Assembly: GCA_041493345.1 (NCBI GenBank)
Contig: JBGPYQ010000003.1
Location: 1 to 42,927, forward strand
Reading direction: 5' to 3'
Origin: Gammaproteobacteria bacterium
GTDB lineage: Bacteria > Pseudomonadota > Gammaproteobacteria > Burkholderiales > SG8-39
DNA length: 42,927 nucleotides
This document shows positions 30,089 through 38,614 of the stretch, piece by piece. The notes below the pieces were generated by a model, which did no database searches, was not told the DNA's origin, and saw nothing but the letters and a program-made list of their open reading frames with translations. The position numbers and the translations under genes were made by a program. How positions within the stretch are numbered: the first letter of the stretch is position 1; each line of letters opens with the position of its first letter.

Positions 30089-32887
30089 ATGACCCGATCG
30101 AAAGTTTGCTACAGGCATGGCGCGCTGGTCACGGCGCTGCTCATCGTCGTGCTGTCCTCGGGAGGTTGCGGGGAGAAGGCCGAGAATCTCGGCCGGCTGA
30201 TCGCAGACGCCAAGCAGGAGCGCGACAAAGGCAACCATAATGCCGCCATGATCCACCTGAAGAACCTGCTGCAAAAGTCTCCCGAGCACGCGGAGGCGCG
30301 CTACTTGCTGGGCGTGACCTACAACGATACGGGTGATTTCACGTCCGCCGAAAAGGAGTTGCGCAGGGCCCTCGAGCTGCAGTACGACCCGGCCAAGGTG
30401 ATCCCCCCGCTCGGCAAGTCGTTGCTGATGACAGGGGAGTTCCAGAAAGTGCTCGACCAGGTACGACTGGAAGGCGACGCCGGGAACCAGGTGCAGGCCG
30501 AAGTGCTGACGCTGCGCGCGCTGGCATCGATCGGGCTCGGTCGCAGCCGTGAAGGGCGCGAGTTGCTCGAGCAGGCGCTCGCCAGGCAGCCTGAATTCGC
30601 GGATGCGCTGCTCGGGCAGGCCCGGCTTGCGGCGAGCGAGCAGAAGCTGGACGAAGCCGCGCGCCTGATCGAGCGAGCGCTCGCCAGCGCACCGAATAGT
30701 GGCAACGCATGGCTCATGAAGGGCGAACTGAGCCGGATCATGGCCAATCCGAAAGGCGCGATCGCGGCCTACCAGAAGGTCCTCGAGCTCAGCCCCGACA
30801 ACGTTCCGGCCCGACTGAACATCGCTTCGCTGCAGATCGACAGCGGCAACTTCGACGAGGCACGCAAGCAGATCGAGCAGATGCGCAAGATCGTTCCCAA
30901 CAGCCCGATGGCCCATTACATGGAGGGGTTGATCGAGTTCCGCCAGCACAACTACCCCGCCGCCCGCGAGGCGGTGCTGCAAGTGCTCAAGGTGGCGCCA
31001 GACCACATGCCGAGCATGCTGCTCGCGGGTGCGGTCGAGTTTGCGCTGGGTTCGCACGGCCAGGCGCAGTCGTATCTGGGGCGTGTGATCGACCGCGCGC
31101 CCGACAACCTCTACGCGCGCAGGTTGCTGATCGCGTCGCTGGCGAAAAGCGGCCAGGTGCAGCGCGCTCTGGAAGTGCTCCAGCCGGGGCTGAAGCAGTC
31201 CCCGGAAGACGGAGCGCTGATGGGGCTCGCCGGCGAGGTGTACCTGCAGAGCAACGAGTTCGCCAAAGCGGCCCAGTTCTTCGAAAAGGCGGCGAAGCTC
31301 GACCCGAAGAGCGCGGGTGCTCGCACCGGGCTGGGCCTGAGCCGTCTGGCCTCGGGCGAAACGGATCACGCGCTGGCCGACCTGGAGTCCGCTTCGCAGC
31401 TCGATTCCGACAAGTACCAGGCGGACATTCTGCTGGTTCTGTCGCACGTGCGGCAGGCGAACTACGACCAGGCGCTGAAGGCGATGCAGACGCTCGAGAA
31501 GAAGCAGCCGAACAATCCGCTCACCTATAACCTGAAAGCGATGATCTATGTCGGCAAGAAGGACACCGCAGCCGCGCGCAAGCATCTCGAACGCGCGCTC
31601 GAGCTGCAGCCGGCCTACGTGCCCGCGGCGGAGAACCTCGCGCAGCTCGACCTGCAGGAGAAAAATCCCCAGGCTGCGCGCCGCCGGTTCGAGGCGATCC
31701 TCGGGAAGGACAAGGATAACGTGGAGGCGCTGCTCACGCTCGCCAGCCTTGGCCCGCGCATCGGCGCCACCCAGAAGGAACAGATCGACTGGCTGGAGCG
31801 CGCCCGCAAGGCGGGTCCTGGCTCGGTGCAGCCGCAGCTGATGTTGGCGCGCTCTTACGCCCAGGCCGGCGACGCGAAGAAAGCGCTCGAGGCCGCGCGA
31901 CAGGCGCAAGCGATCAGCCCTGATAATTTCGAGGTTCTCGATACGCTGGGCGCGATCCAGATCGCCGCAGGGGAGAAGGAACAAGCGCTGGCGACGTATC
32001 AAAAGCTCGCCATGCTGCAGCCCAAGTCGCCGTCCGCGCTCTACCGTCTGGCCACCGCGCAGGCGGCCAATGCCAACCAGGCGGCGGCTGCGAGCACGCT
32101 GAAAAAGGCGCTGTCGCTGAAGCCGGATTTCAACGACGCGCAGGTGGCGCTGGCCGATCTGGAGGTTCGCTCCGGGCGTTTCCGGGAGGCGATGAAGATC
32201 GCGCGGCAGGTGCAGAAGCAGGCTGCCAAGTCTCCGCTGGGTTTCGTCCTGGAAGGCGACGTGCTGATGGCGGAGAAGAAATTTCCGCAGGCCGCCAAGG
32301 CTTACGAAACCGCCTACGGCATTGGCAAGAGTGGATTGCTCGCCATCAAGATGCACGCGGCATATGCGCAAGCCGGGAAGCCGGACGAGGCGGAGAGGCG
32401 GCTGGCACAATGGCTGAAACAGTCGCCCGACGACGCGGTGGTGCGGTTGTACGCCGCCGACGTCGGCCTCAAGAGCGGCAAGTACCAGAACGCGATCGAG
32501 CACTACGAATGGCTGCTGCAGAAGCAACCCGACAACGTGCTGGTGCTGAACAACCTCGCCTGGGCCTATCAGCAGGTGAAGGACACGCGAGCCCTCGAAA
32601 CCACCGAGCGCGCCTACAAACTCAAGCCCGACAGCGCCGCGGTCGCCGATACGCTGGGCTGGATACTTGTAGAGCAGGGCAACATCAACCGCGGGCTCGA
32701 GTTGCTGCAAAAAGCAGTTGCAGCCGCGCCCGACGCCCACGAGATCCGCTACCATCTCGCTCAGGCTTGGCTCAGGGCCGGCGACAAGTCGAAGGCCCGC
32801 AGCGAACTCGAGCGGTTGCTGGCGACCGATGCGAAGTTTCCGCAGCAGGCCGATGCGATGAACCTGCTCAAGCAGCTGAGAAACTAG
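30089..32887 (+). CDS. prsT: PEP-CTERM system TPR-repeat lipoprotein PrsT
   Basis: Lipobox-like LSSGGC, IHLKNLLQ, many TPRs, LNNLAW, DTLGWIL, EIRYHLA; follows prsKR. Confidence 0.95.
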   Translation: MTRSKVCYRHGALVTALLIVVLSSGGCGEKAENLGRLIADAKQERDKGNHNAAMIHLKNLLQKSPEHAEARYLLGVTYNDTGDFTSAEKELRRALELQYDPAKVIPPLGKSLLMTGEFQKVLDQVRLEGDAGNQVQAEVLTLRALASIGLGRSREGRELLEQALARQPEFADALLGQARLAASEQKLDEAARLIERALASAPNSGNAWLMKGELSRIMANPKGAIAAYQKVLELSPDNVPARLNIASLQIDSGNFDEARKQIEQMRKIVPNSPMAHYMEGLIEFRQHNYPAAREAVLQVLKVAPDHMPSMLLAGAVEFALGSHGQAQSYLGRVIDRAPDNLYARRLLIASLAKSGQVQRALEVLQPGLKQSPEDGALMGLAGEVYLQSNEFAKAAQFFEKAAKLDPKSAGARTGLGLSRLASGETDHALADLESASQLDSDKYQADILLVLSHVRQANYDQALKAMQTLEKKQPNNPLTYNLKAMIYVGKKDTAAARKHLERALELQPAYVPAAENLAQLDLQEKNPQAARRRFEAILGKDKDNVEALLTLASLGPRIGATQKEQIDWLERARKAGPGSVQPQLMLARSYAQAGDAKKALEAARQAQAISPDNFEVLDTLGAIQIAAGEKEQALATYQKLAMLQPKSPSALYRLATAQAANANQAAAASTLKKALSLKPDFNDAQVALADLEVRSGRFREAMKIARQVQKQAAKSPLGFVLEGDVLMAEKKFPQAAKAYETAYGIGKSGLLAIKMHAAYAQAGKPDEAERRLAQWLKQSPDDAVVRLYAADVGLKSGKYQNAIEHYEWLLQKQPDNVLVLNNLAWAYQQVKDTRALETTERAYKLKPDSAAVADTLGWILVEQGNINRGLELLQKAVAAAPDAHEIRYHLAQAWLRAGDKSKARSELERLLATDAKFPQQADAMNLLKQLRN

Positions 32888-32894
32888 GCGGCAA

Positions 32895-32963
32895 CCCGGG
32901 AAGGCACTGCCGGAGCTGGGGAAGTCGTTGCCCTTGCACGGCAAGTTCCAGGAAGCGCTGGCC
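32895..32963 (+). pseudogene. Fragment of a second prsT-like gene
   Basis: PGKALPELGKSLPLHGKFQEAL aligns without gaps, 12/22 identical, to PrsT PAKVIPPLGKSLLMTGEFQKVL (from 30389). Confidence 0.6.
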
Positions 32964-33193
32964 CGCCACCCGGTCCCGCGAACTGGCCCCGGTACGCCGA
33001 TCTGCCGCTGACCGATCACCCGTATATGGACTCCTCCCTTCGTACAAGAGGCAAGTGCGCGACGCGGGCCGCCGAACGCGTCCTGACGCTCCGGCTTGAG
33101 TCCGGGCACGGTGCCCGGGGGGCCGCCCCAGAGCTCGCGGCAGCTTCGGTCAAGGAGCGGACTCCGACGACGGGCGGATTGATTTACTTTTTC

Positions 33194-33210
33194 TGTCGGA
33201 AATTTTTACA
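33194..33210 (+). promoter_or_regulatory. Putative PrsR enhancer box (TGT-N11-ACA), copy 3
   Basis: TGTCGGAAATTTTTACA, 63 bp upstream of a sigma-54 -24 GG, same spacing as copy 2. Confidence 0.7.
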
Positions 33211-33272
33211 CTTCGTTTCCGACCGTTTCAGGCGCTATTCGTAACTATCTGTTTATAAATATTAATTTATTT

Positions 33273-33288
33273 TGGCATGGATTCTGCA
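33273..33288 (+). promoter_or_regulatory. Sigma-54 promoter of the second PEP-CTERM gene
   Basis: TGGCATGGATTCTGCA: GG-N10-GC; preceded by an AT-rich IHF-like tract. Confidence 0.75.
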
Positions 33289-33520
33289 TTGGTAGAGGGC
33301 AAAGGCGCATGGAAGCGGTTTGAATAGATCCATACTTTAGACCCGCTCGGATCGCGGTCCTTTGCCGGGGAGGCGGAAGCGAGCATGAACATAGGCCCAA
33401 TATACGCAGTCCGGGACCTCTTCCACACCTGCTCCCGGCGCGTCGGCTCGGCGAACCGGGATCGCAACCGGTTTGAATTTCCTATGCTCTATTTGAAAAT
33501 TAAATTATTCAAGGATCGAT

Positions 33521-34204
33521 ATGAAAACTAATCACCTTGTTCGTCTTATTTCATCTTTCTCACGGATATGCATGCTTTTTTCAATTCTGGCCTGGTCCGG
33601 TGTTGCCTCGGCAATCCCTGTGACCTGGGATATCATCGGCGCCAGTTTTAATGCCGCGTCGGGAGGTGGATCTGTCACTGGTTCCTTCCAATGGGATGCG
33701 AGTTCACAAACCTTGCTGGACTGGACCGTGACAGTGCCTAACGGAACGTCAATAAGCGGCGACCCCGCACATCCGACTCTATTTCCGGCATTCACGTATA
33801 CCCCCTTAACTTCGATTGGTTGTGGTTTTCCGGCCGGACCTCCTACGGGACAGTGCAATAACACGCAGATGTTTTTTTCTCAGGTATTCACTCCATCGGC
33901 TCCCTGCGAAGTCGGGAATCCGCAGAACTGCGTGTTTGGCCGTACGCTTGGCCTCAACTTCTTCTCCAATCCTTTGACAGACCTTGGCGGTGTTGTTCCA
34001 ATTTCCATTAACTTGTTGTCTTTCGAGTCCTATAGCATCCCCACCGGCTGCGCTCCATTTGCCATGTGTAACGACCGGGAATTCTCTGCCGGTACGGTTG
34101 TTGCCAGGGCGGTTGCTGCGGTTCCGGAGCCGGTTTCCTTGCTTTTGGTTGGGCTTGGATTGATATTTCTCTGGTTCTCACGCCGAAGGATGCGGTCGAT
34201 ATAA
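33521..34204 (+). CDS. PEP-CTERM surface protein of unknown function with three Cys pairs
   Basis: Signal peptide ending GVASA; C-terminal VPEPVSLLLVGLGLIFLWFSRRR; AAGGA RBS. Confidence 0.9.
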   Translation: MKTNHLVRLISSFSRICMLFSILAWSGVASAIPVTWDIIGASFNAASGGGSVTGSFQWDASSQTLLDWTVTVPNGTSISGDPAHPTLFPAFTYTPLTSIGCGFPAGPPTGQCNNTQMFFSQVFTPSAPCEVGNPQNCVFGRTLGLNFFSNPLTDLGGVVPISINLLSFESYSIPTGCAPFAMCNDREFSAGTVVARAVAAVPEPVSLLLVGLGLIFLWFSRRRMRSI

Positions 34205-34218
34205 GATAAAAGCCAAGA

Positions 34219-34250
34219 TCAAGATCTTTCCTTGCTTGAAAAGATCTTGA
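34219..34250. repeat. Perfect 11-bp inverted repeat
   Basis: TCAAGATCTTT-N10-AAAGATCTTGA; each arm contains the palindrome AAGATCTT. Confidence 0.7.
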
Positions 34251-34296
34251 GCAATAGAACGAATAGGGTTGCGGATACGATATTCAAGCAGGAAAG

Positions 34297-34315
34297 ACCG
34301 CCACTAGTTGGCGGT
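34297..34315 (+). terminator. Hairpin downstream of second PEP-CTERM gene
   Basis: accgcca-ctagt-tggcggt; no clear U-tract. Confidence 0.35.
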
Positions 34316-34350
34316 AACCCTTCGGTTGCACAAAATGAATGGGGTCAGAC

Positions 34351-34875
34351 TGAGCTGACCCGGGTTCTCCGGACAGGTTAATCAGGATACACCTGCCGCT
34401 TTCTCGAACTGCATCGGGCTGACATAACCGAGCGTTTGATGTCGGCGTACTCGGTTGTAGAAGAGTTCGATGTAGTCGAAGATTGCCGCACGTGCCGCAT
34501 CCCGGCTCTCGAAGTCGCAGTGATGCACCAATTCATTCCCCGATAGCCCCGCGCGGCATAGATCGCCCCTTGGTCGGTGTGATGGATCAACCCGCGAGCG
34601 GGTCGGCGGCTCTCCAAGGCCATGTTGAGCTCACCCAGCACCACGGCCAGATCAGGCCTGTCGTTCATCGACCAGCCCACCACGCGGCGTGCGTGCAGAT
34701 CCAGGAGCACCGCCAAGTACAGAGGAACCCGGTGCGCGTGCGAATGAAGATTATGTCGCCTACCCAGACGCGGTTAGGCTGTACAACATAGAAACGTCGC
34801 TGCACCAGGTTCGGCGCCGCAGGGGCGCTGGCATGGTTCTCCACGGTCAAGCGAAATCGTCGCTTGCGCCGTTGT
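34351..34875 (-). mobile_element. IS3-family remnant: degraded OrfB 3' half plus right inverted repeat
   Basis: APNLVQRRF..PNRVWVGDI, YLAVLLDLHARRVVGWSM, LIHHTDQG, IFDYIELFYNRVRRHQTLGYVSP split over frames with an internal deletion; end TGAGCTGACCCGGGTTCTCCGGACA at 34351. Confidence 0.88.
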
Positions 34876-35315
34876 TCCGTCAGAGTCCAGACTGCCCCCG
34901 TTCACGGAGAATTGGAGCAGCAGCAGCGGGTCGGGGCGCGATCTCGCGCCGCCAGGTCGCCTCCTGAGGTACGGATTTACCTCGCGGCGGCGAATTACCG
35001 GGCTGGGCGGCGTCGCGTTAGGCTGTCGCGCTCTTCGATCATTTGAGCGCGCGCTTGAACTCGATGCGGTCACCCGCCTGGCAATCCCGGCAAACGGTCG
35101 CCGGCAATATTGGCCGAGCCGCTCGCCGTGCCAGGCACCTTGAAATGATCCCCCAAGGTCATGGGAATCACGCCTCGGTGATGACCGTTTGCTCGTAGCC
35201 GGTGAATCCAATAAACTCTCGATCAAACAGGTACTAAGAGGATAGAGGTACGAAGAGGTATTAAGAGAAGCGCTAATACGTCTGGTTGATTGATATTGTG
35301 GAAGGAGAACATGCC

Positions 35316-35927
35316 GTGAGCGTCAGGGAATGGTCAGCTATAGGGCTGGTGGCTTTGGTGCTGGGCTTGGGAGGATGCGGTACGGTCTATCCGCCGCTGG
35401 CCGAGCCTGGAAGCGGGATCGATGCGCCGTATCTGGTCGGCCCGGGCGATACGGTCAACATCGTCGTGTGGCGCAATCCCGAGCTGTCCATGATCGTTCC
35501 GGTGCGTCCCGACGGAAAGATCACCACGCCGCTGGTGGAAGATCTGCAAGCAAGTGGCAAGACGGCGACGGAGCTTGCCCGGGACATCGAAAAAACCCTG
35601 GCCAAGTACATCCAGAGCCCGGTGGTCACGGTCATCGCCACCAGTTTCATTGGGCCTTACAGCCAGCAGGTCCGCGTGATCGGCCAGGCGGCCAGGCCCC
35701 AAGCGCTGGCCTATCGTGAAAACATGACCCTTTTGGATGTCATGATCGCTGTGGGCGGCATCACCGATTTTGCGGACGGGAACAACGCAAGCATCCTGCG
35801 CACCGGCGGCGGCAAGACCCAGCAGTTCGGGGTGCGGCTAGTAGATCTCGTCAGGGGGGGCGATCTGTCGGCCAATGTGGCGATGCGCCCCGGTGATGTT
35901 CTGATCATACCGCAGAGCTTTTTCTAG
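35316..35927 (+). CDS. Polysaccharide export lipoprotein, Wza-like (PEP-CTERM system, TIGR03027-like)
   Basis: Lipobox LGGC, YLVGPGD, VWRNPELS, VRPDGKITTPLV, PGDVLIIPQSFF; GTG after GAAGGAG. Confidence 0.94.
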   Translation: MSVREWSAIGLVALVLGLGGCGTVYPPLAEPGSGIDAPYLVGPGDTVNIVVWRNPELSMIVPVRPDGKITTPLVEDLQASGKTATELARDIEKTLAKYIQSPVVTVIATSFIGPYSQQVRVIGQAARPQALAYRENMTLLDVMIAVGGITDFADGNNASILRTGGGKTQQFGVRLVDLVRGGDLSANVAMRPGDVLIIPQSFF

Positions 35928-36065
35928 CCTCTGGTATGGCGAGAATTCGATTCCCCCGACGATATTTCAACTGGAGTCCTGAGCCTTGCGAGTGTTGACA
36001 GGACTCGTTCCTGCCGCAATCCAGGGCATTTCCGGTCGGGTGCCGTCCTGGAACGAGACTTGGCC

Positions 36066-36081
36066 TGGTATGAAATTTGCT
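36066..36081 (+). promoter_or_regulatory. Putative sigma-54 promoter of the chain-length determinant operon
   Basis: TGGTATGAAATTTGCT: GG-N10-GC, about 58 bp upstream of ATG 36139. Confidence 0.6.
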
Positions 36082-36138
36082 GCGATTCTCGGGTTAAGCT
36101 GAGCTGCGCCTGGATGAAAGCACCCGGAGGATCCGAGT

Positions 36139-37683
36139 ATGCACGAGCTGGCCGACCAACTCCTCTCCCACCTGAAGGCTACCTGGCGCTACCGATGGTA
36201 CGCGGTGGTCTTTGCCTGGATCATTGCAGTGGGGGGCTGGATCGCCGTGTACCTGACGCCAGATCGCTACGAGGCTTCCGCCCGGGTCTACGTGGACACC
36301 CAATCGGTGTTAAGGCCCCTGCTGGCCGGTCTCACGGTGCAGCCCAACGTCGATCAAATGGTCACGATGATGAGCCAAACCTTGATCAGCCACCCGAACC
36401 TGGAGAAGGTGATCCGCATGGCTGACATGGACATCGGGCTCAGTACCTCCGAGGACCGGGAGCAATTGATTACCCGCCTGACCAGGGAACTCGCCATCAA
36501 GAGCGCCGGCCGCGAGAACCTTTACACCATCGCCTATACCGACAAGAACCCTCAGGAGGCAAAGCGGGTGGTGCAGTCACTGCTCACGCTGTTCATGGAA
36601 GGAACCCTCGGCGACCAGCGAAAGGACTCCGAAGCGGCGCGACGTTTCATCGACGAGCAGCTCAAGAACTACAACGAGAAGCTGGTGGCCGCCGAGAACG
36701 CGGTGACCGAGTTCAGGCGCCGGCACATGGGGCTCATGGCCGGCGACAGGCGAGACTACTATACGCGGCTGGTCGAGGCGCAGGCTGCCCTGAGTGGAGC
36801 AACACTGGAGCTCAAAGAAGCTGAAGACAGCCGTGACGCGATCAAGAAGCAGCTTGCGCGTGACACGGAGATCCCGTCTCTGCTGGGCGATAAGAGCGCG
36901 GACGAGGGGGTCCATCTCGAGATCGACGCCCGCATCCAGGCCCTCGAGCAGAAGCTCGACGGCCTGAGGCTCAACTACACGGAGCAGCATCCCGATATCG
37001 TCGCCATCGTGCGCATTATTGCCCAGTTGAAGGAGCAGAAGAAGGCGGAGGCCAAGCTGAGGAAGCCCTCCCCGAGTGCAGCCCAGGTTCAGGACCCGGT
37101 CTATCAGCAGTTGACCGTCACCCTGGCGTCGGCCGAAGCGAACGTGGCTGCCATGAAGGCCCGGGTGGCGGAGTACGGCAAGCGCTTTAGCGAGCTGAAA
37201 GCAGCGGCCAATGCCGTGCCCCAGGTCGACGCGGAGTACACCCAGCTCACCCGGGACTACGAAGTGACCAAGAAAAACTACGAGAGCCTGCTATCGCGGC
37301 GCGAATCGGCCCAGATCTCCGGCGATATGGAAACGAGAGCGAGTGTGATGGACTTCCGGGTGATCGATCCGCCCCAGGTGCCGTCCGTACCCAAGGCGCC
37401 CAATCGCCGGCTGCTGATGTCGCTTGTCTTGCTCGCGGCGCTCGGGAGCGGGCTCGGTGTTGCTTTTCTGATCAGCCAGATCAGGCCCACGTTCAACGAC
37501 GAGCGCAGGCTGAGGGATGTGAGCGGGCTGCAGGTGCTCGGGACGGTCGTCATGGCCAGGACCGATGCGCAAAAAGCGCGCCGGACCCGGGGACTGGTCG
37601 CGCTCCTGATTTCTTTCGCGAGCCTGCTTTCGGCCTACGCCGCGATCATGGCGGCGCTCGTGCTGACGGCGTCGAGGGTCTAG
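36139..37683 (+). CDS. XrtA-system polysaccharide chain length determinant (TIGR03007-like)
   Basis: WRYRW, YEASARVYVDTQSVLRPLL, YTEQHPD, FRVIDPP, coiled-coil periplasmic region. Confidence 0.94.
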   Translation: MHELADQLLSHLKATWRYRWYAVVFAWIIAVGGWIAVYLTPDRYEASARVYVDTQSVLRPLLAGLTVQPNVDQMVTMMSQTLISHPNLEKVIRMADMDIGLSTSEDREQLITRLTRELAIKSAGRENLYTIAYTDKNPQEAKRVVQSLLTLFMEGTLGDQRKDSEAARRFIDEQLKNYNEKLVAAENAVTEFRRRHMGLMAGDRRDYYTRLVEAQAALSGATLELKEAEDSRDAIKKQLARDTEIPSLLGDKSADEGVHLEIDARIQALEQKLDGLRLNYTEQHPDIVAIVRIIAQLKEQKKAEAKLRKPSPSAAQVQDPVYQQLTVTLASAEANVAAMKARVAEYGKRFSELKAAANAVPQVDAEYTQLTRDYEVTKKNYESLLSRRESAQISGDMETRASVMDFRVIDPPQVPSVPKAPNRRLLMSLVLLAALGSGLGVAFLISQIRPTFNDERRLRDVSGLQVLGTVVMARTDAQKARRTRGLVALLISFASLLSAYAAIMAALVLTASRV

Positions 37684-37684
37684 G

Positions 37685-38614
37685 ATGAGCATCATTGAAA
37701 GGGTGGCAGACCTGCTTGGGTCGGTTCCCCAGACGCACCGAAAGCCTTCGGCGGCGGGTGGGGGAGCCGACTCCCTTGAGCCGAACCGGATCGAACGGGC
37801 CGCCGGCGATATAAGCCGGCGCTTTGATTTTCCTGAGGACAAGGATCTCGCGGTGGAATCGAAGGCCAAGGCCAGGCCCGCGCTTCCCACCGGCCCGAGT
37901 ACCCGGACTCACAGGGTCGATCTGGATCAGCTGCGCCGGCAGAGCATCATCACGCCCGACGGCGAACGGACCCCGATCGCCGAGAGTTTCCGGCGCATCA
38001 AGCGGCAGATCCTGACGAACGTGGCCAATCCCAAGGCCGGCGCGCCGGCCAACCTCGTGCTGGTGACGAGCGCGCTGGCGGGGGAAGGCAAGACGTTCTG
38101 CGCGATCAATCTCGCGATCAGCATCGCCTTGGAGATGGACCACACCGTGCTGCTGGTGGACGCCGACGTGGCCAAGCCGTCCGTGCCACAGGCACTCGGC
38201 CTCGAAGCGGAAAAGGGATTGATGGACGTACTGCTCGACCGCCGGATCGACCTGGCGGAGGTGCTGTGGAACACCGACATCGACAAGCTCACCGTCCTGC
38301 CGGCCGGCACGGCGCACCAGCACACCACCGAGCTTCTGGCGAGCGACGCGATGCGCGTGCTGCTACGGGAAATTGCCGCGCGCTACCACGACCGCATCAT
38401 CATCTTCGACTCCCCACCGCTCCTCGCCGCGAGCGAGGCCGGCGTCCTGGCGAGCCAGATGGGGCAGATCGTCATGGTGGTGGAGGCGGGGAAGACCACC
38501 GAAGCGGCACTCAAGGACGCGCTGGGCCGTATCGAAGCGAGCAACGTCGCCGGCTTGCTGCTCAACAAGGGAGAAGGCCCCGGGCTGGGATACTACTACG
38601 GGGGCTATGGCTAA
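37685..38614 (+). CDS. XrtA-associated tyrosine autokinase (TIGR03018-like)
   Basis: Walker A SALAGEGKT, LLVDAD, IIFDSPP, C-terminal Tyr cluster GYYYGGYG. Confidence 0.95.
   Translation: MSIIERVADLLGSVPQTHRKPSAAGGGADSLEPNRIERAAGDISRRFDFPEDKDLAVESKAKARPALPTGPSTRTHRVDLDQLRRQSIITPDGERTPIAESFRRIKRQILTNVANPKAGAPANLVLVTSALAGEGKTFCAINLAISIALEMDHTVLLVDADVAKPSVPQALGLEAEKGLMDVLLDRRIDLAEVLWNTDIDKLTVLPAGTAHQHTTELLASDAMRVLLREIAARYHDRIIIFDSPPLLAASEAGVLASQMGQIVMVVEAGKTTEAALKDALGRIEASNVAGLLLNKGEGPGLGYYYGGYG

Noticed and set aside
29807-33109. 1100-aa minus-strand ORF, and similar long antisense ORFs at 1880-3367, 11226-12761, 14630-15892 and 21381-22799
   Set aside because: Antisense shadows of well-supported genes, expected from high-GC codon bias; no recognisable motifs.
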